Shown here piece after piece: positions 1 through 13,600 of a stretch of DNA of 64,000 nucleotides; position 1 is the first letter of the stretch, and every line of letters begins with the position of its first letter. This DNA comes from Cycas panzhihuaensis (lineage: Eukaryota; Plantae; Cycadophyta): assembly GCA_023213395.1 (NCBI GenBank), contig CM041465.1, positions 192,083,741 through 192,147,740 on the forward strand, given 5' to 3'. Under the pieces are notes generated by a model. That model was not told the origin of the DNA and did not search any database. It saw nothing but the letters and a program-made list of their open reading frames with translations. The translations under genes and the position numbers were made by a program.

Positions 1-2712
1 TAGAGAGGCCAGTTAAGGAGTTACTTGATCAAGGGGTCATAAGACCTTCATGTTCACCTTGTGGGTCACCAATTGTCTTGGTGCCTAAGAAGGATGGAAG
101 ATGGAGAATGTGTGTAGACTTTCATGCTTTGAATAAAATCACAATTAAAAATTACTATCCATTACCTCACATAGATTATTTGCTTGATCAAATTTAACAT
201 GCTTATTATTTTACTACGTTGGATTTGAGAAGTAGTTATCACCAAGTTAGGGTCAAAGGAAGATAGCCTTCAAAACAAAGCAAGAACTCTTTGAATGGAT
301 GGGTATGCCTTTCGGATTACACAATATTCCCATAATATTCATGAGGATAATGAATAAAGTGTTAAGGCCTTACTTGGATAATTTTATGGTTGTCTATCTT
401 GATGATATTTTGATTCTTAACAACACATGGGAGGAACATTTGCGATATAGAAGAAGTTTTGAAGACTTTGGCTAAGAATCATTTGAAGATTAATGTGAAG
501 AAATGTGAATTTGGCAAGGAGAACTTAGTCTTCTTAGGCTTTATGGTTAGAGTAGGAAAGTTGAGCATCGATCCATTCAAGACTCAAGCCATCCTCAAAT
601 GGCCTAGGCCAACCAACACCACAAAGGTGAGAAGTTTTTTAGGAGCTTGTTAATACTTGAGAAAGTTTATTCTTCATTTTTCACAAGTTGCAACACCTCT
701 ATATGGATTGACAAAAGTTAGTAAAAAATTTGCTTGGGGTTCTAAGGAGAAAGAAACTTTTGTGAAGCATCAATTTTGGCAATGCCAAATTTACAAAGGA
801 CTTTTGAAGTAGAAGTTGATGCAAGTGGAAATGCAATGGGAGTTATACTTATTTAAGATGGGAAGCCTATTGCTTACCATTCAAAAGTCTTCACTCCTCA
901 AGTAAAAAACTATCGAACATATAATCGGGAAATGTTCATACTACATCAAGTATGTAAGCATTGGACATCCTACTTGCTTAAAAAAGAGGTTGTAGTTCAT
1001 ACCAACCATAAGCCTCTTCAATTTTTGTAAACCCAAAGTAAATTACAGCAAGCAAGAGTGGATGAGTTATTTATAATAATTCCATATTATAATTAAGTAT
1101 AAAAAGGGATCTACTAACAAAATTATTGATATTTTATATAGACCACCTTATTCCACTTCTTCTTCTTCTTATTCTTCTTCTTCTTCTTCTTCTTCTTCTT
1201 CTTCTTCTTCTTCTTCTACTTTTGTTTGTAGTTCTCTTATGAGTTTGAAGGTGGAGCTAATCCATCATGAAGAGTATAAAGACCTGCACCATGAAGATGA
1301 ATCCTTGAAGGGAGAATTAGAGAACTTAACGAAAGGAAGACCTTCCCATATTGATTGGAAGGATGGTCTACTTTTCAAAGGGGAGCATCTCTATGTTCCA
1401 TTAAAAGGAGACAAGATCAAGTGGCTTAGAGAAGCCCATACTTCTAAAGTAACTGGTCATTTTGGTGTAGAGAAGACTTTAACAAACTTAAGAAGATATG
1501 TTGTATGGCCAAAGATGTAAAATGATGTAAGCAAATATGTAAAAGGATGTGTAGTATGTAATACTTCTAAGCCTTCTACCAGAAACTTAGGATTGTATAC
1601 ACCACTACCTATTCCCACTAGGCCTTGGGAAAGTATCTTTATAGATTTCTTAGGGGGACTTCCCATGCCTAAAAAGGGACATGACTATCTCTTTGTTGTT
1701 GTAGATAGGTTTAATAAAATGATATATTTAATACCTTGTAAGAAGACAATCATAGGAGTAGGGGTAGCTAAGTTGTTTTTTGAGCATGTATAGAAGAATT
1801 TTGGCTTGCCTTCTTCCATCATTTCTGATAAGAACACTCGATTCTTTTTATCATTTTAGAAAATACTATGGGAGATGATAAACACCAAATTGAAGAGGAG
1901 TACAAGTTTTCATCTTCAAACAAATGGATAAACCAAAGTAGTGAATAGAACTTTGGTATATTTGCCAAGGGGATACTATTCCAAGCATCTAAAAACTTGG
2001 GATAGCATTGGCTTTTCTACAATTTGCATTTAATACAGAAATGCATTCATCACACTCTAAATAACCTTTTGAATTTTGTTTGGGATACTTGCCTCAAAGT
2101 CTATTTGAGTTGGAGTTTTCCATATAAGTTAAGGAAGGATCTACCAAAGAGAAGGAGGGGCATGCTAAGGCATTAAGATACTTGGAGAAGATCTAAAGAG
2201 TCCATAAAGAAGTACATGATCAACTTCTAAGGACTCAGTAAAAGTACAAGGAAAGACATGACAAGCATAGGCAAGAGTGTACCTTTCAAGAAGGAGATTT
2301 GGTATGGTTATACTTAAGCAAGGAGAGGTTAAAAGGAGAAGGCAAGAAACTCAAACCTATAAGGTATGGACCATTCAAGATTTTGAGAAAAGTAAGTGGC
2401 AATGCTTTCCAACTTGATCTTCCACCTTATATGAAAATATATTCAGTAGTAAATTGTTGAATACTTGAAACTCTTTGAGCTATTCATACTAGATGAGGAG
2501 TAAGACTAGTTCACTTTACCTTCAGTTGATGACTTATATTTGGAGAGTGAAGAACCTCTTAAGGAGGATTATATCTTGGAGAGAAAATCCACCAAAACAA
2601 GATATAAGACACATAAATCTTTTACGATTGGAGGAGCATGACAGTTATCTAGTAAGTCCAAGTGGTTTAGTAGGCAACAAGGAGAACAACACTTCCCCCA
2701 TCTTCAATTCTA
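1..2712 (+). pseudogene. Decayed Ty3/Gypsy (CRM-like) pol: RT, RNase H, integrase, C-terminal chromodomain-like tail
   Basis: Motifs SPCGSPIVLVPKKDGRWRMCVDF, VYLDDIL, KVRSFLGAC, AHTSKVTGHFG, PLPIPTRPWESIFIDFLGGLP, YGPFKIL; many stops and frameshifts. Confidence 0.93.
1156..1217 (+). repeat. (TTC)n microsatellite in the RNase H-integrase linker
   Basis: Direct reading; reads as poly-Ser after RPPYST. Confidence 0.95.
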
Positions 2713-2753
2713 AGCTAAGTAGGAGTTGGTTATTTTCCAAGGAAGGGGAGCCA

Positions 2754-3719
2754 TGATATAAGAGGATCTATTTTATATCCACAAGAAGCAAAAAATACTA
2801 GGCATTAGTACAACTAAAAGAAATAGGACCAAATGGTGTCAAAATAATGTGAAATTTTATGGAAAGGAAGAAGACACATCCCAGTACATGTGTGAAAAAA
2901 AGGGTCCAAAAAATAGCATTTAATTAGATGGAAAGCCTTGTTTTGTAGAAAATAGCTCTCACAACTATCAAAAAAATGACAAACACATACTATTTTTAAA
3001 TAAGTGAAAATAGAGGCAAATGATATCCAAATTATTTGAAACTTTTAGGATATAAAGGATACATTTGTATCTATATGTGTACAAAATTTGAGCTCAATTG
3101 GAGTTTGTTAGCACTAGGTACCAAGCTACAAGTTTTTAAATTTGCATGAATGTCACTTGGATAACATGCATTTTGGTTGTTGGTGATTGGACTTTCATGA
3201 ATGCCACTTGGAATGCATGCATCTTGGTTGTTCATAGATTTATTTCTATAAATTAAGCCCTATTGAGCTCATTTACAATGTTGGATACTTGGTTCTTGTG
3301 TATGGGAGACACTTGACTTGGGAGCAATATTGAGGCAACACTTAGAAGGTGTTGGAGACCATAAAGAAGGCAAATTTCAACACTTTAAGCATCCATTTTG
3401 GAGAGTGAGAGCTTTGTTGAAGGAGTCTTAGGAAGTTAGAGGCCCCTTGTGGTATTATTATATCATTTCTTTATTATAACTTGCATATTCTTTACTAGTT
3501 GTTTTCTCTACCATTAAATGAAGGTTTTTCTAGCTTAATAAAAGTATTATTCTTCTTACCTTGGAGTAATGACAAGTATGCATGAGTTGGTGTAAAGTAT
3601 CATTTTATGGGCTCACTCTTTTATTAATGTTATTGGGAATTTTACACTAACACCCTAGGATCTCAAGGAAAAAGATTGGTAATTGATTTCTTTACCAATC
3701 ACACTCCACTCTGGGATCA
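2754..3719 (+). repeat. 3' LTR of the CRM-like Gypsy (left-arm copy)
   Basis: Polypurine tract (PPT) AAGGAAGGGGAG at about 2739-2750, then TGATAT...GGGATCA. Homologous to 30366-31313 and 35938-36906. Followed by TTGAT, the reverse complement of TSD ATCAA. Confidence 0.92.
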
Positions 3720-6700
3720 TTGATTCAAGGTGTTTTATTTAATTTTTATAATAGTATTATTAAATCAAACTTATGGAGTGAAGTGTTTAGATTTATTCTT
3801 TTCTTTAGCAGTTTATTGGCATATTTTTAAGTATTTATCAATTTTATGAAGCTTTAAACTTTAGGTGATTGAATAAATTATTATGTGAGGGAATACAACC
3901 TATTGGAGATTGGTTTAGGGTCTTATATTTACCATTTTTAAGTCATAGAGAAGCTAGTTCCATTGATTACTTTTAATAGAAATAACTTCAATGAATAGAG
4001 GGCAAATATGGAACTGGTCCTCATGGTTAACTAGCTTTGGGGAATTACCAAATTTGAATCATTAAGCATTCCCTTAGATGAGAGAGAATGTATTCATTCT
4101 AAGGAGAAATAATTCATGTCTATAGGGTTACTTAAGTTATCTTTAGCTCTAGATTATAGAGCTTTAATCCACAACCTTAAAACTCCATATGAAATCTAGA
4201 CCAAACTATGTCAGACATTTGAGAAGAAGAAAACCAATTGTCATGTTATTCTTATGATGGAATTGTTGAATTCTAAGGTAGAAGATAAGAACAACATTAG
4301 TTCTTACCTGAATAAAATCACTGATTTGAGGAATATGATGGATGAATTGAAGTCAAACTCAATTGATGATACATTACTTTTTGCCATTATTATGTCAAAG
4401 TTGCCTATTACATTTGGAACGTTCTAAACTATCTATGCAAGAAATGAAGTTATGGAAGATGAATTATTTGAGTCACTGAAAAACCTAATTCTAGTAGGAG
4501 ATGCCAAGTTGAAGCATCATGGGATGCTTTCTAGTTCTAGTTCAAATTAGGTTTTAGTCTGAAGACTCAAAGAAAGGATGTAGTTTAGGAGCACAAATCT
4601 ACACAAAAAATATGTGAAACCTCTCAGGAGAAGAAGAAGTTCATAGGTAAATGCAATTACTATAAGAAAGAGGGCCATAAAGGAAAGCAATTGTTAGTTC
4701 AAGAAGCAAGATAAACACAAAGCTAACTAAGATGATAATGGGAAGAGTGTAGTTATATATTTCATTAGGTTTTTAACATTGTCATCTGAGTCAAATTAAA
4801 AGGACTACTGGATCTTAGATTCAGGTGCTTAAAAACACATCACCTATCAGAAGCAAAAATTTGATGCTATGGATGCAAGTAGAAGTGATACTAACGTAAT
4901 TCTTAGGGATGCTTGTGTTTTGTCTGTAAAAGGTGTTGGTTTTGTTTTACTTGTAGGAGATACATTCAATGGTGTTTACTATGTGCCTAAGATGAAGTTT
5001 AATTTTCTTTCTAACTAGGAAATCTGTAAGCAATGTATAAAAATTGAGCTTTATAATAATAAATGTATAGTTAAGGATCCTAAGAAGAACTTCTCTATTA
5101 TTGCTACTAGGAGAGTGCAAGATAACTTTGGGTATTTGAGAAATTTAGAGCCTAATATAATTCTTATGATTTTATTGCTAATGTTGATTATATGAGTGAG
5201 TTATAGCATAAGCATTTAGGTCATCTTAACTATAGAATCATCGACTTAATGAATAAATTGAAGATAGTGGTAGGGTCGCCATATGTCCAATATTCAGAGG
5301 GTGTTTGTGAAAGATGCATATATAGAAAGCACTATCATTATCCATTTGTTAGGGATAGTGCATGGAGAGCAAAGAAGAAGTTGGAACTTGTCCATACTAA
5401 CTTCATGGGTCCTTTATCCAATCCTTATATTTTTGGTGCTTGATTTATTCTTGTGTTTATAGATGATCTTAATAGAAAATCCTAGGTATATTTTTTGAAG
5501 AATAAGTCTAAAGTATTTGATAGATTTTGTGAATGGAAAGTTAGTGTTAAAAATGAGTGTGATAAGAAAATAAATATTTTAATGTATGATAATAGAAAGG
5601 AGTATGACAATAATGCCTTTAATTAATTCAAATTTTGATCATGATATTAAATGAGAGTTAATAGCCTCATATACCCCATAGCAAAATGGTGTTGTAGAAA
5701 GAAAGAATTATACCATGATGGAGATGGTGAGGTATATGGTGTATGGTAAGAATCTACCTCCTATGTTTTGGGCAAAAGCTATTATAATAACTATTTATAT
5801 TTTGAATAGGATACCTACTAAGGTTGTTCATGGCATTTTCCTAGAAGAATATTAAACCAATTAAAAACCTTTTATTAACTATTTCAAGGTATTTGGGTGC
5901 ATTGCATATGCATACATCCTAGACATACATTAAAAAAAGTTGGATCATAAGAGTTTGAAGTACATTCTTTTGGAGTACTTATAAGAGAGTAAGGCTTATA
6001 GACTTTGGGAATCATAGGGTAAGAAACTTTTGATTAGTCAGGATGTGAAGTTTTATGAATCAATGATGTATCATACTAAGGGGTCATTTGAAGACAAGTT
6101 CTATCCTCCACACTTCTTCTCTTTCCAATATGTGGTTCAATAGGTGTAGAGGTTTATAAGCCTAACTTTATGCCCGAAATAGAAGTAGGACCTAGTGGGA
6201 GTAATGATGAGGAACTATTGCAAGTAGAGGTATGGAAAACACTCTATGTTCCATTATGGGCTAAGAAAGCCATTGAGGACTTTGGTGTGATTGTTGAAGA
6301 TCTAGAAGATGGTTAGAGAATTAAGAGTTAGCATGCCAATCAAGCTTTGGTGGTGGATACCAACGATTCCAATGATTGTATTTCATATGAAGAAATAAAA
6401 GAAGACCCACGATGGAGAGCTATAATGGAGGAGGAGTATAGTTTTCTCATAAAGAATGATACATAGGATTCGGTTCCCTTACCTCCCTCTAAGAGCCTGG
6501 TTGGTTACAAGTAGGTTTATAAGACTAAGTATCATTCCAACGAAGAGGTAGACAAGTATAAGGCTAGACTTGTTGCACATGGTTTCAAACAAAAAGAAGG
6601 AATTGGCCATGAGGAGTCTCCAAGATATCTATGATTTGATTGATCCTTGATTGGCTAGGTACATTTAGTTGGTAGTCACATAAATGGATGTAAAGTTAGA

Positions 6701-7623
6701 ATTCCTTAATGGAGACTTAGAAGAGGAGATCTACATCAATTGACCTCTTAATTCTGTGAATGAAGGTCAGGAGCATCTTGTGTATCATTTGAAGAAATCT
6801 CTCTATGGTCTAAAATAAGTACCGCATGCTTGATATGATAAGATTAATGCTAGATTGAAGAAATATAGTTTTGTGAGAACAAAATTAAAGCCAAGTATTT
6901 ATATTCTAAAGAGTGAAACTACAATAGTTATTATTGTATTGTATGTTGATGATCTTGTTCTTACAGGTAATTGTAATAAATTTATTATAGCTACAAAGGC
7001 CTATTTGGCCCATACTTTTGATATCAAATATCTTGGGCATCTTCATTACTTCTTGGGTATTGAGATTAAGTAGATGGATGATCACATCATGATGTTGCAA
7101 TCAAGGTATGCTCAATCTCTACTTGAGAGGTTTAGGATGAAAGACTACAAATCAATGAAGACACCATATGTAAAGGGCACAAAACTTCTAAATGATATGG
7201 ATAAGCCAACTATAAATGGGACTTTATATTGGTAATTAGTAGGGAGTTTGATTTAATTAACTCATACTAAGCCTAATATTGCTTAAGACCCCACATTTAC
7301 ATTAAGGGGGGATATTAAAGTGGCATTATATCCACTTATCCCAACTAATGTAAATGCAGTAAAATATTATATGAATATTATGATGTAATATTATGATATT
7401 ATCAGAAGTCGACAAATGTAATACCAATGTAGTATTTGAGGTACTTATGGATCTATATAAAGGTATCCAAAGTCCATTGTACCTTATGTTATTCTATATA
7501 AATGTAATACATATTCTATGGTGGGCTTTTACCGTAAAGTTTCCCATGTATATTCTACCGTGTGCTTGTTTATTTCATGCTCATTATGTACATAACTGAT
7601 CTATTTGTCTATGATTTCTAATA
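3720..7623 (+). mobile_element. Ty1/Copia element, 3' part (left-arm copy): gag-PR-INT-truncated RT, PPT, 3' LTR
   Basis: Zn knuckle CNYYKKEGH (~4650), protease YWILDSGA (~4806), KKKLELVHT integrase entry, QNGVVERKN remnant, YKARLVAHGF, LYVDDLVLTG, LHYFLGIEI; PPT ATTAAGGGGGGA 7301-7312. Confidence 0.93.
7313..7623 (+). repeat. Copia 3' LTR (~310 bp)
   Basis: Follows the PPT; reverse complement matches 26491-26790 and 38434-38744. Confidence 0.9.
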
Positions 7624-8537
7624 TTTTGATTCCCACTTTAGTAATCAAGCCTAATGAAAAGGCCTCCTTCCATGGGAAGTTACTCATGGAAATGCTTTAT
7701 TATATTTTTCATTTCTTTTTCCTACATTGATTCTTCCCACAAGGTGACTTTCCATGTGATGATTATTTTTTGAAATGTATGTTTGAATTTGAGTGATTTT
7801 TTAGGAGAATATTTTACGGGTTATCACTAGATATTTATTCCTATGGATCATTTTCCCATGAATTACTTAAAAGTTATAAAGTGTGGCCCATCGTCTCATT
7901 TTAGTCTTCCCACTTTTCGCTTTCCAACTTTCTCTTGAAAATTATCTTGAAGCATAAAAGGTATACAATGTGGCTCTTGAGGTCACAAGAACAAAATTAG
8001 TAAGAATATAACTTTGTAAACCTTTCTTCTACAGGATCATTTCTCATATGATGACCTCTTATGTGATCATTATCCACTAAGTCAACTTCTTCCTTTAGCA
8101 ATTTTGTAGAAAAAAAATAACAAGGATGCAAGTTAATAAGAAAAGTGGAGCCCACCATCTTATCCCTTCCATTTGGTCTTTCTATAAATCAATTAAAAGA
8201 CACTTCAAATATAAAATGAGTTATCCCTAAGAACTAAGATTGTGGCAACTTAGGATAGCTCATTTATTTGGTCTCTCATGTACTTATGGCGCCTCTCTTA
8301 TAGGAAAGTATGCTATGGAGAAATATTCTTTTGAACTATTTATGCCTCCCATTATCTTGTCCTTCTTACCTAAGTGAGCCTTATCAGTATCCTCTGTGAA
8401 TTATTTCTCCCTTATATTGAGGCTTCTACACAATATTTGGTTGTATGCTGAGAATAACCCTATACAACCTAACCCAAGGCCTTTCCCCTTAGCGTAAGCC
8501 AAATTTTTTTTAATTGTTATACTTTCAAAGGGTAACA
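7624..8537 (-). repeat. Fragment of ancient LTR (inverted copy of 25582-26490; homologous to ~60975-61890)
   Basis: Shares e.g. AAGACCAAATGGAAGG.ATAAGATGGTGGGCTCCAC (as reverse complement) with ~25935 and ~61383; ends GGTAACA. Confidence 0.8.
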
Positions 8538-8689
8538 AAAACTTTTCTAGAATTGCAGGACTAATCGCTTCTTTTAGAAGGGTACCAAATTCATATAGAT
8601 AGATTTGTGTGAAGAAACATTTCAACTATTGAACTTGTTGCTTATCATTGATCTAGTTCTTATAGTACCTTATCAAAACTAGAGCTTCT

Positions 8690-8823
8690 TAGTCTACAAT
8701 GATGTTTGCATTAAAATTATAGGGGTAGTCTTAATGTAGGATCATTGGATTAATTTTTATGAATCAAGGAAATTAAAAGACTATGAGAAGAATTACCCCA
8801 CTCATGGCTTAGAATCAATAACA

Positions 8824-8906
<83 letters not shown>

Positions 8907-10642
8907 TTAGGGCATGGAACCATTACCTACTTGGAAAGAAATTTGAGCTTCATACAGATCATGACAACCTCAAACACATATTCACATAACTATATCTAAA
9001 CACAAGGCAACTTAGATGGATGGAATATTTGTGTGACTTTGATTTTTAGCCAAAATATGTCAAAGAAAAGGAGAATAAGGTGGTTGATACCCTAATTCAA
9101 TGCTAATATAATGTTAAAATAAGCATGTAATAGTCTAGTCTAATTGATTTTATTTTAAAAGCCTATGAGACCAATGAGTTTTATAAACAAGTAAAGGAAA
9201 ATTTGTAAAATCAAGAACTCCAAGCCTAGTAAATGTCAAATTTGTATATAAATATATAGGTTATGAAATAATGGAAAATGGTATGTTAACCTGACAACAA
9301 AGAATCTATGTGCCATGAGATTCAAACATTCATGAATTGATCATCTGCAAAGTGTATGTCATGCCATATGTAGGTCCTCTAGGTTACCATAATACCTATG
9401 TAGCAATGAAGAAATAATTTCATTAGCTTGGGATGAAAAATGATGTCATAAGTTTTGTAGTAAATTATATGACATGCCAAATGGTTAAGGTTGAACTTAA
9501 ACATCTTATAAGTTTATTATAGCCATTGAAAACTTTAGAATAAAAATAGGAGATAATCACCATGGATTTTATCATTGATCTTCCTCGTGGCTCTCGTGAG
9601 TATGTTGCCATTATGGTGGTAGTAGAGAAGCTCATAAAGCTTGCACATTCCATCTTAGTTCACACTACCCATACTACCTTGTATGTTAGTACTTTCTTTA
9701 TGAAGGAGATAGTGAGATTGTATGGTGTGCCTAAGAGCATTATTTTGGATAGAGATATTAAATTCGCTCAAAGTTTAAGAGATCCATGTTTCAAAAATTA
9801 GGCATAAAGTTAAAGTTTAGCATAACCTACTATCTAAAATTGTTAGGTAAATAGAAAGAGTGAATCAAGTGCTAGAACACTTGATTTAGATGTATACAAT
9901 GAAACAACCAACTAGTTAGTAGAGCCACCTCCATTTGGCTAAATTTGCCTATACTAATGCAACCCATACCTCTTTGGGTATGAGTCCTTTTGATGCATTG
10001 TATAGTAGAAACTATAGCATGCCTATTAACTAGGAGAACGTAGAAGACAAATACATGTTAGGGCTAGAAATAGTATAGGAAATAGAGAGGCAACTAGTTA
10101 GCATTAGACAATAGTTGAAGGTAACCCAAAATAGGCAAAAAAGCTATGCTGGCCTAAAGAGAATAATAAGGTAATTCTAGTTGGAGTTCATATATTTCTA
10201 TGGGTAAGACCCAAGCATAACTCACTCAGCTTAGACATGTATAACAAGCTCTCATTGAGATACTATGGTCCGTTTGAGATCTTAGAACAAATAAGATAAG
10301 TTGCCTATAATCTTTCCTTTCCATTTAATCTTTAAATTCATAATGTATTCTAGGTTTTATTGCTAAAGAAGTATGTGCTAGATTCAAAGCATATGTTTGT
10401 ATGGACTAATCTTGTAACAAGACCAAGTTTTGATTTTGAAGAAGAACCCTTAAAGATATAAGATCGGAGGGAGAGAATGTTTTAGAATGGGAGCTTTAGG
10501 TAAGTTGAAGTGCAATGGAAGTATCTAATATTCAAAGAGGTAATTTAGGAGTTGGAAAATGGCATGCAATAGTAGTATCCTCATTTATTTATAGTAAGAA
10601 GAAGTTGTATCAAGGATGATGCTTTTGTGAAGGGGAGAGGGA
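8690..10642 (+). pseudogene. Decayed chromovirus (Tekay/Del-like) pol 3' half: RNase H, integrase, chromodomain, PPT
   Basis: [41 protein letters not shown]...KEIVRLYGVPKSIILDRD, YYGPFEILE, EEPLKI..RRER..VQWK..YPHLF; PPT GAAGGGGAGAGGGA ending at 10642. Confidence 0.9.
8828..8904. repeat. (TA)n microsatellite inside RNase H coding sequence
   Basis: Direct reading. Confidence 0.97.
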
Positions 10643-13600
10643 TGTAAGGACCTAGTTATTTAACTATCCTTAGTCATGCATAGCTCTAAGAAATATATAA
10701 AGTATATATTTTCTTTCTAGTTATATTTATCCCATGTGAGGTGAATGCACAATTTATTCTTCATCAAGTGTGGGGATGTACCATTGTAATTATCTAGCTT
10801 AGTAAGTATTTGTGGGTAAAGATTGTAGTCCCTTTAGACTTAAGTTATTTGTCTTTTTTCTTTTTTTTAACACCTTACCTAATATAAGATCACTCTTTAT
10901 TTATTTCTTGTATAATATAAAAACAACTAGATTATTCAAATCAATAGTACAAATAGGGGAGCACATGATATGAGTGAGGGAAGAATAAGGGGAAACTAAA
11001 TGTAAGGGTAGGTGTTATATTTAGATACCTTCATGACTTCTTTGGGGTACAAGATTTACTTATCCATCATAGAATTTATCAAGGATGAAGCTACTAAGTA
11101 AAAGAGGAGATTTTAGCTTTTCAACAAAATACATAAACCAACATTAAACATTATTTTTTAACACCTTCCCCCCATAATATTTAATGTTGCATCAGATATT
11201 ATATAGAAATCTACTATAACAAATGGATATTGGCTCTATGTGGTACTAGTTATATTTACAAGCTATAAATGAAAATCTACTAAAGTCCATATGAAGAAAG
11301 GTCCATCTACCAAAATGCATGGGTAACTAGCCACTGCAACCATCAACTGTATAGGAACCTCCTTTGGATATGTGGTTCAATCAACCTTAATCAACTTTAT
11401 TTTGTGAATAAGTCTACCTGATGAATGAGTTGAGTACTAAAATAGTGTCATTCATGTTTGAGGAAATCAATTTGTGGTTCTATCATTCTCCTTTGAGGCA
11501 ACTAATTTGTGGTTCCTTCAAGAGTAAGATACACCTTGAAACCTATGAGGTTCTACAAAGATAAATATGGACATCACTTAGAGTTTCAGACTCTAAGTTT
11601 ACTAATAACCAAAAATACTTTTATGAAGTATCTTCTACTACAAATCAATAATATAGCTACCTGCAAGTAAACACTAGATGTGATTCTATATGAAAGAACT
11701 CCCATAAGTATAAAAAGGATTCCTAAGAGTCTTTATACTATCATAGATCAGAAATTTTTACTTAAATTTAAACCAAACATATCTATTATTACTTCTAAAT
11801 ATAAAAATGACTTTACCATGCTATCAGGAATGCTAAAAATTATAGGGTATGTGAAACTAGACCTAAAATATCATGAATGCACATTTTATAAAGTTTTGAC
11901 CATTTACATGAACTTTATTGATTAAAATAATGAGCCTCTAAATTTCAAACTATGCCTCATGACCACCCATTTGAACTATCTTGAAATAACAAATCCAACA
12001 TAATTGATGACACTAAATTCGACATTCTAGTGAGAAGTTATAAAGGAAAAACACTAGTAGGTCATAAACAATTATGTGATCCTTAACAAATTGTATTCAA
12101 GCTTCAAAAATTATCAAATATCAAATAATATTTAAGGAAAAAAATATTTAATTTAATTATCTCTATTTTGGGGTCCACCCTCTTGCTACTTAACCCTTGA
12201 TCCCATAGTCGACAATGTGACCTCCTACTAATAGGAAAACCTAGCCCCGAATTTGAAGATATATCAAATTCAATCAAATTTCTTATAACATTTACAAATT
12301 GTTTTAGGGTTCAAAAAAATCATTTCTAAACAATTCAAATAACTATGCAAAAAAACATGCAAACTTGTCTATCGGCAAGATGAATTTTTGTGCCAAGTTG
12401 TGTATAAATTAGATCAGAATTATACATGATATAATGATGAATTTTTGTAATAGGTCATGAATAAAATAGACCACAACTATATGTGATTATCATCAATGGG
12501 TGCAAGTGTGATCAAGTGATGCAACCAGTCGCATTCTTCAAGAGTATGGCTGTGAGTAGGGAGCGACAGATAGGGACTATATCTAGGTAATAAATGGGGC
12601 AGATTCGATTTCTATAGCAAGGAAAATCTAAATAGCAAGCATGATTGATTTGATCTCTATTACGGATGGATGACTATGATATAGAATCCTCAACTTGAAA
12701 GAAACTTGACCATATCCATTAATGAATCAAAGTTATGGGCCCTAGTTATAGTTGGACTATTGTGTGGAGGTTATAACCACAAGATGGTCTTTTAGACATA
12801 AACCCAAGATTGTGAACATTTGTAATTCAATCACATAGTGGGGGCACTTCTCAGACATAATATATTATAGCTTAAGCAAGGGGCAACTTTAAGTTCATAA
12901 CGGACAAATCTATGGACTGGAGATGAGATAACAAAAGGGTATTTTTACCTTAGACTGACAGTTGTTTCTGCATGTATGGCAAGGTATTTTTCATTTCATT
13001 TCATGGCTACGAGCAATTCCTGTAGTAGCCTGAAAAGCATATTTCATACCCTATTATTCTTCGATTCTTTTATGTGATGGCAATTCTCTGTTTCAATGTG
13101 AAATGGCCATGGATGCTAGGGTGGCTATGTAGTAGGTTATTCAACTCCACCAACATTTGCTTGTAGGTTCCTGAACAAGTTCAAAGATTTTGATTAACAA
13201 GATCTTCACCTCACCATAGTAGCTTGGATTCAACCCTGCTCCGATGCCATATTAAAATAAGGATTCAAAGATTACCTTTGAAACCATAATAAAAATATAA
13301 ATGGAAATATGGTATAAGAATGAGGCATGAATAATAAATAATAAATGAAATAAACAAAAGATAAAGTATGTATAATATACGAGACAATAATGATGTGGGA
13401 AAATTATCACCTTCTAAATTATTGCATTAAGCATGAACACATACTTATAGTATAACTAAGCTTATACGTATCTAATCAAGTGAAAGAACCCTTAAGTCCA
13501 CCAACAAGATAATTACATGAATAGGTGTACATCCATGTACATATATTAATATTACAATAAAATATATCTATGAGAATTAAAAAGGACACTTAACAAAATA

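Larger units (their letters stand above)
1..11092 (+). repeat. Left arm of a >=11 kb inverted duplication (partner 23054-34041)
   Basis: Base 1 TAGAGAGGC is the reverse complement of GCCTCTCTA ending at 34041. AAGGATGAAGCT ending at 11092 is the reverse complement of AGCTTCATCCTT at 23054. Mirrored ORF pairs: 459+/33388-, 1593+/32273-, 2493+/31311-, 5249+/28649-. Confidence 0.95.

Noticed and set aside
2493-2756. 87 aa ORF conserved in two copies (also 31311-31592)
   Set aside because: Alternative frame over the integrase tail; conservation reflects the recent duplication only.
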